Origin: Trichosphaerium sp. ATCC 40318
Lineage: Eukaryota > Protista > Tubulinea
Direction of reading: 5' to 3'
Assembly (NCBI GenBank): GCA_038496445.1
Contig: JALMLS010000215.1
Span: 62,001-126,000, forward strand
DNA length: 64,000 bases
The notes under the pieces were generated by a model. That model searched no databases. It saw only the letters and a program-made list of their open reading frames with translations, and was not told the origin of the DNA. The first letter of the stretch is position 1, and the number at the start of each line of letters is the position of its first letter. The translations under genes and the position numbers were made by a program. Of the stretch, positions 63,367 through 64,000 are shown piece after piece.

Positions 63367-63393
63367 CCTATTTCAAGGTGTCTGAGATTGGTG

Positions 63394-63619
63394 TACTAAA
63401 ATGTCGAAAAAAATGTCGAAAAAATGTCAAAGTGATATTGAACTGTTCGCCACAAAGGGAGACAACTGGGTTATGGCGCTCAGTCGCCGCTAGGCTCTGC
63501 CCCCCCAACCTCCCCTGAAAGGGGCTTTCTAAATAGTTCCTATGGCATAATATAGGATAATTAGTGCCTACTTTTCGACTTTTTTTTTGACAAAGTTCTA
63601 CATATTTGGGTTTCCCCTG
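63394..63619 (-). mobile_element. ~225-bp dispersed repeat, copy 2 (MITE or transposon-end-like)
   Basis: Inverted match to 2491-2712; begins CAGGGGAAACCCAAA on the minus strand; internal ~21-bp subterminal inverted repeats (63402-63422 and 63572-63592). Confidence 0.65.
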
Positions 63620-63622
63620 AGA

Positions 63623-64000
63623 TTAGCCAGACACACTTGTAATATTAGTAAAGATTGTAGAGTGCTTAGAGCACTCAGGTGCTTCAATACTACTTGAACC
63701 TTTTATCATGTTACACCGCTTCAAGCATAGATCATTGACGTGTATTAATGCTTTTCCTTCATCTGAAATTGATTTCCCGTCAATTATGTCAACTTTTCTA
63801 GATTGCCAACAATGTATTTGATCGTATGTCTTCCTCAATCAAGCAAAGCAAGAACGCCTGAATCTGTTATTTTTGAATATGAGACATCTATTGAGTTAAC
63901 ACCAGAAAGACAAGAATAGTCCGCTTCTGATAGAGCTTCGGGTTCACAAATAATGCGAGTGTTTTTAAGTAATGGACTGCCTTTCAGAACATGACAATCT
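63623..64000 (-). pseudogene. Degenerate third member of the F-box/LRR family (runs off the window edge)
   Basis: LKGSPLLKNTRI (cf. LSGSPLLQNTPI), LSGVNSIDVSYSKITDSGVLCFA*, KSISDEGKALIHVNDLCLKRC; in-frame TGA at 63839-63841 where GGA is expected. Confidence 0.7.

Overview
AT-rich (roughly one-third GC by eye), intron-dense eukaryotic nuclear DNA read in the standard genetic code. It is most consistent with an amoebozoan protist; this is an inference from a Clu/TPR/RCC1 protein, a bacterial-type hybrid histidine kinase, GTACG donors and PT-rich GPI mucins. The ORF track is fragmentary because most genes are split by 25-150 nt introns, so I rebuilt gene models by hand. Recognisable genes: two intronless F-box/LRR paralogues plus a third relic, a membrane PAS-HisKA-HATPase-REC hybrid kinase, a CTL/SLC44 transporter, a ~12 kb Clu-TPR-RCC1-SAM gene, COX11, a PL14 polysaccharide lyase, a reeler-domain GPI protein, two GPI mucins, an intronless 2OG-Fe(II) dioxygenase and tRNA-Lys(TTT). 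Most notable observations: (1) a 12-exon basic nuclear protein whose core matches, motif by motif, the PUA/EVE-like domain found N-terminal to bacterial Mrr/McrB modification-dependent restriction enzymes; (2) a variable F-box/LRR family with a constant head and shuffled 63/66-nt modules; (3) strong enrichment of (T)CACGTG(A) palindromes, many of them in introns; (4) frequent GC donors and AAG acceptors; (5) a pair of small orphan paralogues, several dispersed repeats and a candidate structured ncRNA. All family assignments are from recalled motifs; no database search was run.
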